DNA from: a virus
Virus record (IMG/VR): IMGVR_UViG_3300045988_175722
Span: 1-64,000 of that record
Strand: one strand, 5' to 3'
DNA length: 64,000 nucleotides
The position numbers were made by a program, and so were the translations under genes. Of the stretch, positions 7,155-15,477 are shown in pieces. Under the pieces are notes generated by a model that ran no database searches, was not told the DNA's origin, and was given only the letters and a program-made list of their open reading frames with translations. Numbering within the stretch: position 1 is the first letter of the stretch; the number at the start of each line of letters is the position of its first letter.

Positions 7155-7550
7155 ATGGCAAAGATAACATTAAAAGACGTATCAGGCACTCCGGAGTTTG
7201 CACCCGCAAAGTGCGATATTTTCCCGAAGGATAAATTCCAGGAGGCAAAGAGACTCTTTGCCCGTGTGATTAAACAGACTTGCGAAGATGGTAAGAAGAA
7301 GACGGCTAACTACCTGAAAGGTTTGATAGTTTGCGCTGATATTCCAGCAGCAGAAAAGGGCAAATATAACAATGCCCTGGCGATGCTGGCCAACGGCGGC
7401 GATCGTGCGAACGGTTCCGGATCATTCACGGTTAACGATATAACCGGAGAAAGTTATCTTTATGTAGCCGCAAACGGCGCATACTGCATCGCGCAATATG
7501 ACTACAGCGACGGAATCAAATTATCATACCTTCAGATTATTGAAGGTTAA
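7155..7550 (+). CDS. hypothetical early protein
   Basis: The track ORF 6975..7550 is trimmed to the internal MAKITLKD start, which sits exactly 30 nt after a Leader-A core. This removes the overlap with 6719..7105. 131 aa. Confidence 0.65.
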   Translation: MAKITLKDVSGTPEFAPAKCDIFPKDKFQEAKRLFARVIKQTCEDGKKKTANYLKGLIVCADIPAAEKGKYNNALAMLANGGDRANGSGSFTVNDITGESYLYVAANGAYCIAQYDYSDGIKLSYLQIIEG

Positions 7551-7572
7551 GAAAAAAAAAAGAATATCACTC

Positions 7573-7602
7573 TATTATAGAACATTTTAAATTTTACGAA
7601 TT
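7573..7602 (+). promoter_or_regulatory. Leader-A copy
   Basis: TATTATAGAACATTTTAAATTTTACGAATT then ATG 7603 (30 nt). Confidence 0.6.
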
Positions 7603-8430
7603 ATGGAAGCAAAGATAAATTTTGAGAATATCCAGAACGAGGACCAGGAGAAAATCATGACTAGATATAAGGAACTGGCAGCAGATAGTGGCGACGTGTA
7701 CGCCTGGCAGACTAGCAAAGATACTCCACCTTCAGCCCGTACCTTCAGCAGCGAGGAAAACGCGAAGGAGTACGAAGTATTGAACAATGAACGTTTGCGC
7801 CGCTGGCTAGGTGATCGTGTACTCGCAAAATCCTATATTATAGGCACGGAAAAAGATTACCTGAACGCGGTGAAAAATTGGGAACATGACCGCGCAAAGA
7901 TGGAGGCTAAACAATACGCCGAACATGTTGCAAAGGTAGTAGATGTTTACCAGCAGCAAATAAAAGCCCTGGAGGCGTTAAAACCCGTTTGCCGCACCTT
8001 TGACGGCAAAGTGATAAATAAGCGCTTCAATGAGGCAGTAAAAGCCGCTACGGGCTTTTCTTGCTACTTTGAGGATAACAGCATGAGTTTATATAAATAT
8101 AATTGTGCCGGTCCTTATGAGAAATTTGACATTTATCTCTATTATAGAGATTATGAAGGAATGGAGAATTTCTGGCAGTGGACCACGGGCGACCGTATGG
8201 AGGCAGAGAAGGCCGTATCTATTATGGATATAAAGATAAATAAGCTTCAGAAGGATATTCAGCGACTCCAGGGCACCAAGAAAGAATACGCAAAGTACGT
8301 GGCAAAGGTGCGCAAAGTGGAAAAACTCATCGATGAACTTCGCTGCGAGAATATGGATATGCGCTATTTTGCGATGGAGCATGACCTGAAAAAATATCCT
8401 TTAGTTTCCAGTATTTGGAAGTGTTATTAA
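7603..8430 (+). CDS. hypothetical early protein
   Basis: 275-aa ORF with Leader-A upstream. Charged, coiled-coil-like central part. Confidence 0.75.
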   Translation: MEAKINFENIQNEDQEKIMTRYKELAADSGDVYAWQTSKDTPPSARTFSSEENAKEYEVLNNERLRRWLGDRVLAKSYIIGTEKDYLNAVKNWEHDRAKMEAKQYAEHVAKVVDVYQQQIKALEALKPVCRTFDGKVINKRFNEAVKAATGFSCYFEDNSMSLYKYNCAGPYEKFDIYLYYRDYEGMENFWQWTTGDRMEAEKAVSIMDIKINKLQKDIQRLQGTKKEYAKYVAKVRKVEKLIDELRCENMDMRYFAMEHDLKKYPLVSSIWKCY

Positions 8431-8443
8431 ACACGCGGGGCAG

Positions 8444-8462
8444 CCCTGGGCATCACCCAGGG
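8444..8462 (+). terminator. hairpin between cassettes
   Basis: CCCTGGG / CATCA / CCCAGGG. It is followed by GCACC and then Leader-A, the same junction as in the R-elements. No T tract. Confidence 0.4.
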
Positions 8463-8466
8463 CACC

Positions 8467-8524
8467 TATTATAGAACATGTGAATTTTTACTATATTATA
8501 GAACCATTTAAATTTTGAGGATTT
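8467..8524 (+). promoter_or_regulatory. Leader-A, duplicated core
   Basis: TATTATAGAAC at 8467 and again at 8494. ATG 8525 is 31 nt from the second core. Confidence 0.6.
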
Positions 8525-9232
8525 ATGATTAATACGAAATTATATGTAGATATTTTGAGCGACCAGGCAAAGGAAGACGGGCGACCACACGAGATGGCGC
8601 TGAGTGATTTCTGTGATTACCTTCTGGATTTATTCAGCGAGGAGGCATTCCGCGGCGGAACCCAGAATTTTATAAACTGGTATCAGGAACGTGTGATAGC
8701 CAAGCCAAATTTCGCTATCCTTGCCGCTACCTGGCTAAACGATGTGGCTGCATCAATGAAAAAAGGCGATTGGCTTGACGTGTTCGGAACCCTCTATGAG
8801 GATATGTATCTATCACCGGGTAAGGCTTCCCAGACGGGGCAATTTTTCACTCCTCATGACATTTCAGATCTGATTAGTGATATTATAGTCCCTGCGGAAA
8901 ATCAGGCTTCATGCCCTAAGATTTCAGGGAATCGTGTGAATGATTGTGCAGCCGGAAGCGGCCGTCTCCTTCTGTCGCACTTCGCAAAGGTTAGCCGTAA
9001 GAATCCGTACGGAGGCCGTCGATATAAGTATGTAGCCCAAGACTCTGATCCGCTGGTATGCAAGATGTGCGCGCTGAACATGATGGCGCACGGCATGAAC
9101 GGAACGGTGATTTGTCAAAACACCCTGGCATTAAATACCCCTTCCGTGATATACCACATCAACGGCATAAGGTACCCGTTTATCACACCTTATTATAGCG
9201 TACGTACAGTATCAGGGAATCCTAAGAAATAG
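8525..9232 (+). CDS. HsdM/N6_Mtase-like protein lacking a canonical catalytic motif IV
   Basis: 235-aa ORF. GQFFTPHDISDLISDII (motif X), VNDCAAGSGRLLL (motif I) and YVAQDSDPLVCKMCALNMMAHGMNGTVICQNTL follow the gamma-class N6-adenine methylase order. RYPF stands where NPPF/Y is expected, and the ORF ends 16 aa later. Confidence 0.6.
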   Translation: MINTKLYVDILSDQAKEDGRPHEMALSDFCDYLLDLFSEEAFRGGTQNFINWYQERVIAKPNFAILAATWLNDVAASMKKGDWLDVFGTLYEDMYLSPGKASQTGQFFTPHDISDLISDIIVPAENQASCPKISGNRVNDCAAGSGRLLLSHFAKVSRKNPYGGRRYKYVAQDSDPLVCKMCALNMMAHGMNGTVICQNTLALNTPSVIYHINGIRYPFITPYYSVRTVSGNPKK

Positions 9233-9241
9233 GATTCCCTG
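9213..9241 (+). terminator. perfect 11-bp hairpin over the stop codon of 8525..9232
   Basis: CAGGGAATCCT / AAGAAAT / AGGATTCCCTG. No T tract. Confidence 0.45.
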
Positions 9242-9257
9242 GCAATAAAAAGAAACA

Positions 9258-9286
9258 TATTATAGAACATTTAAATTTTTAAGGTT
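9258..9286 (+). promoter_or_regulatory. Leader-A copy
   Basis: TATTATAGAACATTTAAATTTTTAAGGTT then ATG 9287 (29 nt). Confidence 0.6.
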
Positions 9287-9931
9287 ATGGAAAAGAAGAA
9301 GGAATTAGATGTATCAAACATCAACCTGGTAAGTTTTGAAGGTTTCTACCAGACGATCTGGTGCCCGGAGTTCGAGATTTCAGATTATGAACTCGAAAAT
9401 GAAGTGGAGGAAGACAAGGATTTCACCTTTAACAATGACGGGTACGAAAAGGCAATTAGCGAGGCTTACGCCCAGCAGTGGGAGCGCTGGCTTCAGCAGT
9501 ATATTTGCAAGGATATAAAATTATCCTTCGTAGGCGTTCAACATCCACTTTTCTACAATTATAGTACTGATACCATCCAGGTAAAAATCGGGCTTACCAA
9601 TGAAGCAAAGAAGGCTATTATGGCAAAGGTAAAAGAACATCGTAAAAAAATAGGTACCTGGATTGAGCAGGGCTTTACGTCTTATGATGGCTTTTTCTCA
9701 AATTTGAGTCACTACAGAAAAGACTGGAACCGCCGCAGCTTCTTTGATCACAGCGAAAAGAACCAGGAGTCATATTTGGCCTATATTCTCTACTTCCTGG
9801 TGTTAGCTGAAGTCTATAAAAAAGATGGTTCTACTAGTGATAGCCTGGAAATGCAGGCTTACTGGAATATCAGTGAACAAATAAGCATCGCTGAGTTTAT
9901 CACGTACCTAGGCAACAATAAGGCAGCGTAG
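9287..9931 (+). CDS. hypothetical early protein
   Basis: 214-aa ORF with Leader-A upstream. Confidence 0.75.
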   Translation: MEKKKELDVSNINLVSFEGFYQTIWCPEFEISDYELENEVEEDKDFTFNNDGYEKAISEAYAQQWERWLQQYICKDIKLSFVGVQHPLFYNYSTDTIQVKIGLTNEAKKAIMAKVKEHRKKIGTWIEQGFTSYDGFFSNLSHYRKDWNRRSFFDHSEKNQESYLAYILYFLVLAEVYKKDGSTSDSLEMQAYWNISEQISIAEFITYLGNNKAA

Positions 9932-9939
9932 CGCTGCCC

Positions 9940-10002
9940 TATTATAGCCCATCGGAAAAATTAGAAATCACCCATTATAGAACATTTAAAATATTAGGAA
10001 TT
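9940..10002 (+). promoter_or_regulatory. Leader-A, duplicated core
   Basis: TATTATAGCCC at 9940 and CATTATAGAAC at 9973. ATG 10003 is 30 nt from the second core. The hairpin GCAGCG/CGCTGC lies just upstream. Confidence 0.6.
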
Positions 10003-10992
10003 ATGGCAAACAAAGTTACAGACTTATTCAAGAAGTCTTCATCATACGATAAGAAACATATTAAGAATTTGAGCACAAAGAAGGTTCCGGCAGCACTGCT
10101 GCAGGCAGTAGAGAAGGGATGCAGCATTGAAGCCCTGGAGAAGCTGGCAAAGGGCTTCCCTATCTGCAAATATCAGACTCAGATTACCGTCCACGGCATC
10201 TTCGATGATCCGGGTACCCGATGTGTAGGCGCTTACGTAAACTTGACGAAAAACAAAAACCAGTCACTAGGCATCAGATGGACCGCCATCGACCACAAGA
10301 AGAAAGAGAAGCTCTTCCACTATATTTCTGCAGCGGATGGAGAATGGCGAATCCTGGAGGACAGCAGCAGTTTTTATATCCGAAAAATGGTACGCGTACC
10401 AGGCAGAGAAGCCGGGCTAAAAGCTTTGGAAAAGTATCAGGCGGAGGCGGAAAAGATAAATGTAAATCTTTTCACAGGTAGTGCCAGTGCGTTCCGACAG
10501 GTGAACATCTGGGGCATGGTGTACGTTTGTCTTGTATTGGACATCCAGTGTTTCCCTGAAGGCAATTTATGGCAGATAGCGGAGAATATCACGGGCAAGA
10601 AAAAAGCGGAGATCCTGGCAGTAGAAGCAGCAAAGACGGCGGAGGAAAAGAAACGTAACGAAGAGTATGAGGCAGAATTGGGAAAGAATCGCCTGAAAAT
10701 TGCGCTCAGATTCAAGGCGTACGAGGAGCGCCGCGAAGCTTGGAAGGCAAAGAATCCAGCCCCTAAGAGTTTTCAGAAGATGGTAAATTACACCTTCAAG
10801 CCGGGAGATATTGAGCTAACAGAACCGTATGAACTCGGCGACAAATCAGGTTTTGCGTACCGCTATCGCACCTATTACAAGTGCTTCGGCAAGTTATGCC
10901 GCTGCCTGTGCGATATAAACGGAAAGCGCCTGGAACGTGGCAGTGAGGTATGGAAGCCGACAGTGGCGGAAGCATACGTCAAGACGGCGTAA
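10003..10992 (+). CDS. hypothetical early protein
   Basis: 329-aa ORF with Leader-A upstream. Confidence 0.75.
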   Translation: MANKVTDLFKKSSSYDKKHIKNLSTKKVPAALLQAVEKGCSIEALEKLAKGFPICKYQTQITVHGIFDDPGTRCVGAYVNLTKNKNQSLGIRWTAIDHKKKEKLFHYISAADGEWRILEDSSSFYIRKMVRVPGREAGLKALEKYQAEAEKINVNLFTGSASAFRQVNIWGMVYVCLVLDIQCFPEGNLWQIAENITGKKKAEILAVEAAKTAEEKKRNEEYEAELGKNRLKIALRFKAYEERREAWKAKNPAPKSFQKMVNYTFKPGDIELTEPYELGDKSGFAYRYRTYYKCFGKLCRCLCDINGKRLERGSEVWKPTVAEAYVKTA

Positions 10993-11021
10993 ATATTCAC
11001 CCTTTATAGAATATGTAGAAA

Positions 11022-11378
11022 ATGAAGAAATCATCAATTATATATAATTTCGCTATCTCGCAGCAGGATGGCAAGACCATCCTGGCTGCCCAGGAGTACC
11101 CGTGGAGTGTGCTCCAGGTTATCACCTTCGACCCAAAGTACTTCGATAAGGTAGTGCAGCTTTTCAAGCGCCGCGGCATGGTAGCCGCCCACGACAAGGA
11201 CCGCTCATTCTGTATCATCCATCTTTGCAGTGGAGATCAGGGCAGGAAATATCCAGATAAGCACATCGACACTGATACGCCAGCGGCTATCAACAAATAT
11301 CTGGAGGCACTGAAAGATGCGATGGCGCAAGCAGTGGTTTGGTATTTTACGAATATTATAGAACGTGTGAAAAATTAG
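11022..11378 (+). CDS. hypothetical early protein
   Basis: 118-aa ORF. Short degenerate leader (CTTTATAGAATATGTAGAAA-ATG). Confidence 0.65.
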   Translation: MKKSSIIYNFAISQQDGKTILAAQEYPWSVLQVITFDPKYFDKVVQLFKRRGMVAAHDKDRSFCIIHLCSGDQGRKYPDKHIDTDTPAAINKYLEALKDAMAQAVVWYFTNIIERVKN

Positions 11379-11383
11379 AAATT
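11354..11383 (+). promoter_or_regulatory. Leader-A copy (inside the 3' end of the previous CDS)
   Basis: TATTATAGAACGTGTGAAAAATTAGAAATT then ATG 11384 (30 nt). Confidence 0.55.
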
Positions 11384-11647
11384 ATGGCAAAGTTAACAAA
11401 GAATGATAAGGTGTATCTCCAGAGTATAGGCTATCTCAAAACAGATTTTACTCAGATAGAGGAAGCTAATTATGAGTACTACGCTGAAGGCAATCAGAAA
11501 ATCAGCGAAGAGGAAGCTATTAAAAAGCTAGGTAGAGAGTGCTGGTTATCTGGTATAGGTGGAGCTTGTTTCCACGCTTCATCTGTAAGAATTTGCAAGT
11601 GTGGTTCAGAAATTATATATATTACTAGCGACATTTTCGGTAAATAA
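11384..11647 (+). CDS. hypothetical early protein
   Basis: The track ORF 11339..11647 is trimmed to MAKLTKND at the Leader-A distance. 87 aa. Confidence 0.65.
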   Translation: MAKLTKNDKVYLQSIGYLKTDFTQIEEANYEYYAEGNQKISEEEAIKKLGRECWLSGIGGACFHASSVRICKCGSEIIYITSDIFGK

Positions 11648-11660
11648 TATCACAATATCA

Positions 11661-11690
11661 TATTATAATAACATTTAAAAATTAGAAATT
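11661..11690 (+). promoter_or_regulatory. Leader-A copy (variant TATTATAA)
   Basis: TATTATAATAACATTTAAAAATTAGAAATT then ATG 11691 (30 nt). Confidence 0.55.
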
Positions 11691-11816
11691 ATGGAAGCAA
11701 AGAGTAATAATAAGAACGGTATGAACGTTATAGAGAATGTAGAGAACGAAATGCAGGTGACAGAAGAGAGCCGCAAGGCATACGGCCGACCATCCGTTAA
11801 CGAGGCGAAAGGATGA
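11691..11816 (+). CDS. 41-aa ORF ending at a TGA that is in frame with the next ORF
   Basis: Hand translation gives MEAKSNNKNGMNVIENVENEMQVTEESRKAYGRPSVNEAKG, with TGA at 11814-11816. Leader-A upstream. Confidence 0.45.
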   Translation: MEAKSNNKNGMNVIENVENEMQVTEESRKAYGRPSVNEAKG

Positions 11817-11891
11817 AAGCTGGATCACGTTATCCCTTTCGATTTTTATCATAATGCCTACATCAAGAGCCGCAAGGGCATCGACGAGCTT

Positions 11892-12251
11892 GTGGAGATG
11901 GTGCTGAAGGAGTGCAATATCAGCCTGGATGATACCAGCTCATGGGCAAAGGACATCCGTATTATTACCAAGTATGAAATCATGACGTATGACAAGCAGC
12001 TAGATGAAAGCGAGGAAACTCCCGACGAGTGGAATCGAATCGTATCAGGGCAATCGATAGGTGACTCTATCGAGTTACGCAATGAGGCTTACTCCACTGC
12101 TGAAGGTTTCGCTCCTCATACCTTTGAGGAAATGAAGGAGGAATATATCCGAGAAGGAACCTGGACAAGATTCCTCGCATTAAACAGCATGACGGAGGCG
12201 GAATGCAAAGAATACCGTGATAGCCGCTACGGTAATCTATATGAAGCCTAG
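11892..12251 (+). CDS. hypothetical protein, possibly the C-terminal part of a gene interrupted at TGA 11814
   Basis: 119-aa track ORF (GTG start) in the same frame as 11691. The frame is open from 11817, and this ORF has no leader of its own. Confidence 0.55.
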   Translation: MEMVLKECNISLDDTSSWAKDIRIITKYEIMTYDKQLDESEETPDEWNRIVSGQSIGDSIELRNEAYSTAEGFAPHTFEEMKEEYIREGTWTRFLALNSMTEAECKEYRDSRYGNLYEA

Positions 12252-12297
12252 AAGGATATATTATAACCATACGTTATAGATTATATTATATATCACA

Positions 12298-12540
12298 CGA
12301 GGGGAGTTTGCTCCCCTACCCCGTCCGGCAGACCGGCAAAAGCGGAGCGACACCGCCACGGGGTGCGTTATTTTAAACATAACTTTAAAATTTTAATTGT
12401 TCGCGCTGAAGCGTCAGCGCGGTGTTTAGTTTTACTCGCTGCCTGCGGTCCGGGAGGATAGCAGCAGCAAATTTCGCCCATGGTTGGCCGAGGATGATAT
12501 ACTTCATCCTTCAGGGTCCGAATCCCTGGTGGGTGACAAG
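12298..12540 (+). other. GC-rich, hairpin-dense non-coding island
   Basis: GGGGAG/CTCCCC (12301-12316). ACCCCG...CGGGGT (12318-12364) encloses CCGG-CAGA-CCGG and GCGG-N7-CCGC. CGCGCTGA/TCAGCGCG (12402-12421). T-arm-like CAGGG-TCCGAAT-CCCTG (12512-12528). Confidence 0.4.
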
Positions 12541-12633
12541 AGAAAAAGAAGATAAAAAAGGTAGCAAGAATTTACTTTGAAAATAAAACAAAGGTTAAAA
12601 ATGCACCTAAAATAGCATTTTAAGTGCATTTTA

Positions 12634-12665
12634 TTTGGTAGTTTCAGAAATTCTTTGTACCTTTG
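12634..12665 (+). promoter_or_regulatory. Bacteroidota-type promoter heading the Leader-B gene block
   Basis: TTTG 12634-12637 (extended TTTGGTAGTTTC), 20 nt, TACCTTTG 12658-12665. An imperfect palindrome lies just upstream at 12602-12630. Confidence 0.65.
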
Positions 12666-12713
12666 CATCAGAAATAAAACAAGAAGATAAATAAAAACAA
12701 TAATAATCATTTT

Positions 12714-12746
12714 AGCCCTAGCGCATCACGGTTAAGCGACGAACGT
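12714..12746 (+). promoter_or_regulatory. Leader-B copy 1 (5' stem-loop)
   Basis: AGCCCTA GCGC ATCACGGTTAA GCGA CGAACGT then ATG 12747. CGC/GCG pair. Confidence 0.65.
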
Positions 12747-13013
12747 ATGAAGACAATGTTAGAAGAAGAGTTGATTAAGACAGGTTATCGTTATCGTGAA
12801 AACGATGATAACTCCTTCGATGTATGCTACGACCATTCTCAGGATTCATTTTTTGACGGTATCAGTTCGTATCATGTAGCAACCGTTAAAGAGGATGATG
12901 ATCTCTGGTACATTGACAATAATGAAGGTGCCGGCTGGGGCGAATATCCTAAAGCAGACTGGAGTTTATCAAAGGCCATCTATGATCAGTGTATCGACGA
13001 ACACATCAATTAA
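12747..13013 (+). CDS. hypothetical protein
   Basis: 88-aa acidic ORF with Leader-B upstream. Confidence 0.7.
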   Translation: MKTMLEEELIKTGYRYRENDDNSFDVCYDHSQDSFFDGISSYHVATVKEDDDLWYIDNNEGAGWGEYPKADWSLSKAIYDQCIDEHIN

Positions 13014-13033
13014 TAACTATTATCAATCATCTA

Positions 13034-13067
13034 AGCCCTAAGCGCATCACGGTTAAGCGACAAGAAT
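13034..13067 (+). promoter_or_regulatory. Leader-B copy 2
   Basis: AGCCCTAA GCGC ATCACGGTTAA GCGA CAAGAAT then ATG 13068. Confidence 0.65.
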
Positions 13068-13397
13068 ATGACTATCAAAACTACAGAAGAAGCAAAAGAA
13101 AAACTTAACAGCATTATTGCACGATTAAATTCTCTCTATGACGCAGAGGATATGTTGGATGACGGACGCGATGATAATAATCAGAGCCAGAACCGCCGTT
13201 TTGTGAGTGCAAATAGTGTTATCAACTCGATTCATTCAGAGTTGGCTGGTTACGACTTCGATATGATTCCTTTCTCAGATTGTGATAGAATTTGGAAGGA
13301 GGCTTGGAATGGTGGTACAAATTTCCATCTTCCAGAAGAGAGATACAATCATGCTATAGAGTATGCAAACAGACTCCTTGCTGTTATAAATAAGTAA
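13068..13397 (+). CDS. hypothetical protein
   Basis: 109-aa ORF with Leader-B upstream. Confidence 0.7.
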   Translation: MTIKTTEEAKEKLNSIIARLNSLYDAEDMLDDGRDDNNQSQNRRFVSANSVINSIHSELAGYDFDMIPFSDCDRIWKEAWNGGTNFHLPEERYNHAIEYANRLLAVINK

Positions 13398-13405
13398 TCA
13401 CATTC

Positions 13406-13439
13406 AGCCCTAGGCGCATCACGGTTAAGCGCAAGCGAT
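13406..13439 (+). promoter_or_regulatory. Leader-B copy 3
   Basis: AGCCCTAG GCGC(13414-17) ATCACGGTTAA GCGC(13429-32) AAGCGAT then ATG 13440. Confidence 0.65.
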
Positions 13440-13805
13440 ATGAAAACAATTTCCTTTAATTTGAATTTTGTAGAAATCCAAGCCTTGCTTACATCTATTA
13501 TCAATATAGATAAGTTGATGGGTGTGCATGATTGTTCAGATCAAGACTATCCACGAACACCGCAGGAGGTAAAGATTGCGGTTGCCATCGAGTTGAAGGC
13601 GATGGGCGTGCTAGCCTACGACCTCGACAATATCACCGACAAGACCCGCGATACCTTGGAAAACCGAGGATATACGGGAGAGTGGCAGGACGAACACGAA
13701 ACCTTCTGGCTGAAAGGGCAGTATGTATGGGTACGAGTAAGAATGCTCTATAAGACAGACGGAACGCCTGTTATAGCTTTGGAGGCAAAAGCTAATAATC
13801 AATAA
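13440..13805 (+). CDS. hypothetical protein
   Basis: 121-aa ORF with Leader-B upstream. Confidence 0.7.
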   Translation: MKTISFNLNFVEIQALLTSIINIDKLMGVHDCSDQDYPRTPQEVKIAVAIELKAMGVLAYDLDNITDKTRDTLENRGYTGEWQDEHETFWLKGQYVWVRVRMLYKTDGTPVIALEAKANNQ

Positions 13806-13819
13806 TACATTTATAGTTC

Positions 13820-13853
13820 AGCCCTAGGCGCATCACGGTTAAGCGCGAACAAT
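13820..13853 (+). promoter_or_regulatory. Leader-B copy 4
   Basis: AGCCCTAG GCGC(13828-31) ATCACGGTTAA GCGC(13843-46) GAACAAT then ATG 13854. Confidence 0.65.
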
Positions 13854-14444
13854 ATGAAGAAGTTTTTTGTATATTTCGACAAGAAAGTTATTATTGACTC
13901 GGCAGAAAAAGCCGAGGAGTTTATTAACAGCCTGACCGACAAAAACGAGCCTGGCGGCAGAAAGTTGGAGGTTAACGACAACGTTCATGCCCTTCTGAAG
14001 AAGATCTATCAGGACGAGCAGGCGGGCAGAAAATTGCAGACTACAGGCTGTAGCCCTTCATCTTTTATTTACTGCTACCCCGCCCTTGCTGATACCCCAG
14101 AGGAGTGCGAGAAGGCTATCATAGCGAAAGAGGCAGCAGACCGCAAGCGCAAGCAGGATGAGGAGATACAGGAGAAGCAGCGCATCGCCCGAGAAATCAA
14201 TGAGCGCCGCAAGAAGCTGGCTGCGATGCCGAAAGGCTTCTTCACCGTCTGTCTTTATGCAACCGTCAGTTTTTCATATAAATATTATGAGTATGAAGGC
14301 TATGCCGAGAATGGCGAGGAGGCATATAAAATGGCAGTAGCGAAGCTGAAGAAAGATTTCGGTGCCCACCTCTGGGATTACGATAGCATCCTTGATGCTG
14401 AAATCATTCCCCGCCTTCACGGTAACGAAGTTTATTCGTTATAA
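13854..14444 (+). CDS. hypothetical protein
   Basis: 196-aa ORF with Leader-B upstream. K/E/R-rich central helix. Confidence 0.7.
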   Translation: MKKFFVYFDKKVIIDSAEKAEEFINSLTDKNEPGGRKLEVNDNVHALLKKIYQDEQAGRKLQTTGCSPSSFIYCYPALADTPEECEKAIIAKEAADRKRKQDEEIQEKQRIAREINERRKKLAAMPKGFFTVCLYATVSFSYKYYEYEGYAENGEEAYKMAVAKLKKDFGAHLWDYDSILDAEIIPRLHGNEVYSL

Positions 14445-14481
14445 CATCGGAGATTTTTTACTAGATTTAGTAACACATTAT

Positions 14482-14512
14482 AGCCCTCGACATCACGGTT
14501 AAGTCAGTAGAT
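14482..14512 (+). promoter_or_regulatory. Leader-B copy 5 (stem GAC/GTC)
   Basis: AGCCCT CGAC(14488-91) ATCACGGTTAA GTCA(14503-06) GTAGAT then ATG 14513. Two stem positions are changed on both sides. Confidence 0.65.
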
Positions 14513-15466
14513 ATGAAAGCGATTACGAAAAGCGGAACTGCTTACGATGTGAAGTTTCAAAATAATAAAGACCCTTTCTGTTTATATCTATGCGAGAAGG
14601 ACGGAAGAGCATTATCTTGGCAAGATTTTGACGGTCTTATAAACATATCCGGAGAATGGTATCATTGTCTTATGAAGGTTGGAATATCCAATAATGAGGC
14701 AATACCGGCTGTTTGTTTGTGCCAAGATGCAAAAGACGCTTTGGGCCTGAACACCAAAGAAAGTGTATATATCCGTCTTGATTCTACCCCTAAAGAAGAG
14801 TTTAATGCTTTTTATAGAGAAGTACTCAAGTCGATTAAAGAAAAAGCAAAGGATTTAAGTTTTACTTACATAGAGTTTACTGATGATTTCATTTGCGGTA
14901 GCGACTGTGCGGAAAACTACAGATTCCTTTATTTCAACGAAAAGGCGTTAAACATCTTGAATGCTTTTAAGGCAATAGATAAGTTTGAGGACAGATTGAA
15001 GTTTACGTCGTGCTTTGAAGGACATGATACGACCTATCGTGTCGATGATACGAATATGGATAAACTTTTTGCGCTTGCTGCTCCAAAACTTAAAGAGGTT
15101 GAGGAGAGAAAGGAAAAGAATGCAATAAAGAATGAGAAGATCAGAAGAGTTAAAGAGGCTATAGAAAATGGCGCTATCTCTTTTCACTGCGAATCGGCAC
15201 CACATGACGAAGATTTGAGTGAGGCCATTTTAACCCGTCCTTGTCCTAATTCAGGTACCTTCACCTTGACGCATCGCATACCTGCCGAAGTGTTCTCAAA
15301 GATAAAGAAATTCGGTGTGTATTACAACGACGATTTCTTAGAGGAGTGCGATATGTTCTGGTCTGTTCCTGGATGGCGTTTCGGGAAGGAAGCTATTGAA
15401 ACCTTGTTGCGTGATAACTTCAAGGTGTTTGTAGATTACGAAGAAGTTTCTCTGACCAAAGATTAG
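14513..15466 (+). CDS. hypothetical protein
   Basis: 317-aa ORF with Leader-B upstream. Confidence 0.75.
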   Translation: MKAITKSGTAYDVKFQNNKDPFCLYLCEKDGRALSWQDFDGLINISGEWYHCLMKVGISNNEAIPAVCLCQDAKDALGLNTKESVYIRLDSTPKEEFNAFYREVLKSIKEKAKDLSFTYIEFTDDFICGSDCAENYRFLYFNEKALNILNAFKAIDKFEDRLKFTSCFEGHDTTYRVDDTNMDKLFALAAPKLKEVEERKEKNAIKNEKIRRVKEAIENGAISFHCESAPHDEDLSEAILTRPCPNSGTFTLTHRIPAEVFSKIKKFGVYYNDDFLEECDMFWSVPGWRFGKEAIETLLRDNFKVFVDYEEVSLTKD

Positions 15467-15477
15467 GAAACGAAAAA

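Noticed and set aside
11814-11816. Genome-wide stop-codon reassignment (TGA or TAG recoding, as in some gut phages).
   Set aside because: The very long ORFs (1226, 667, 485 and >1933 codons) contain no internal stop of any type. All three stop codons terminate well-delimited genes. Only this single in-frame TGA was seen.
12475-12536. Possible tRNA gene or tRNA 3' fragment (attP core). A T-arm-like CAGGG-TCCGAAT-CCCTG is followed by GTGGGTG-A, which can pair with CGCCCAT at 12475.
   Set aside because: The whole candidate is only 61 nt and has no D-arm. The anticodon-like stem closes a 6- or 8-nt loop rather than 7. The T-loop has C where the near-universal T54-Psi55 pair needs T. No integrase is present. 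It is kept only as part of the structured-island finding.
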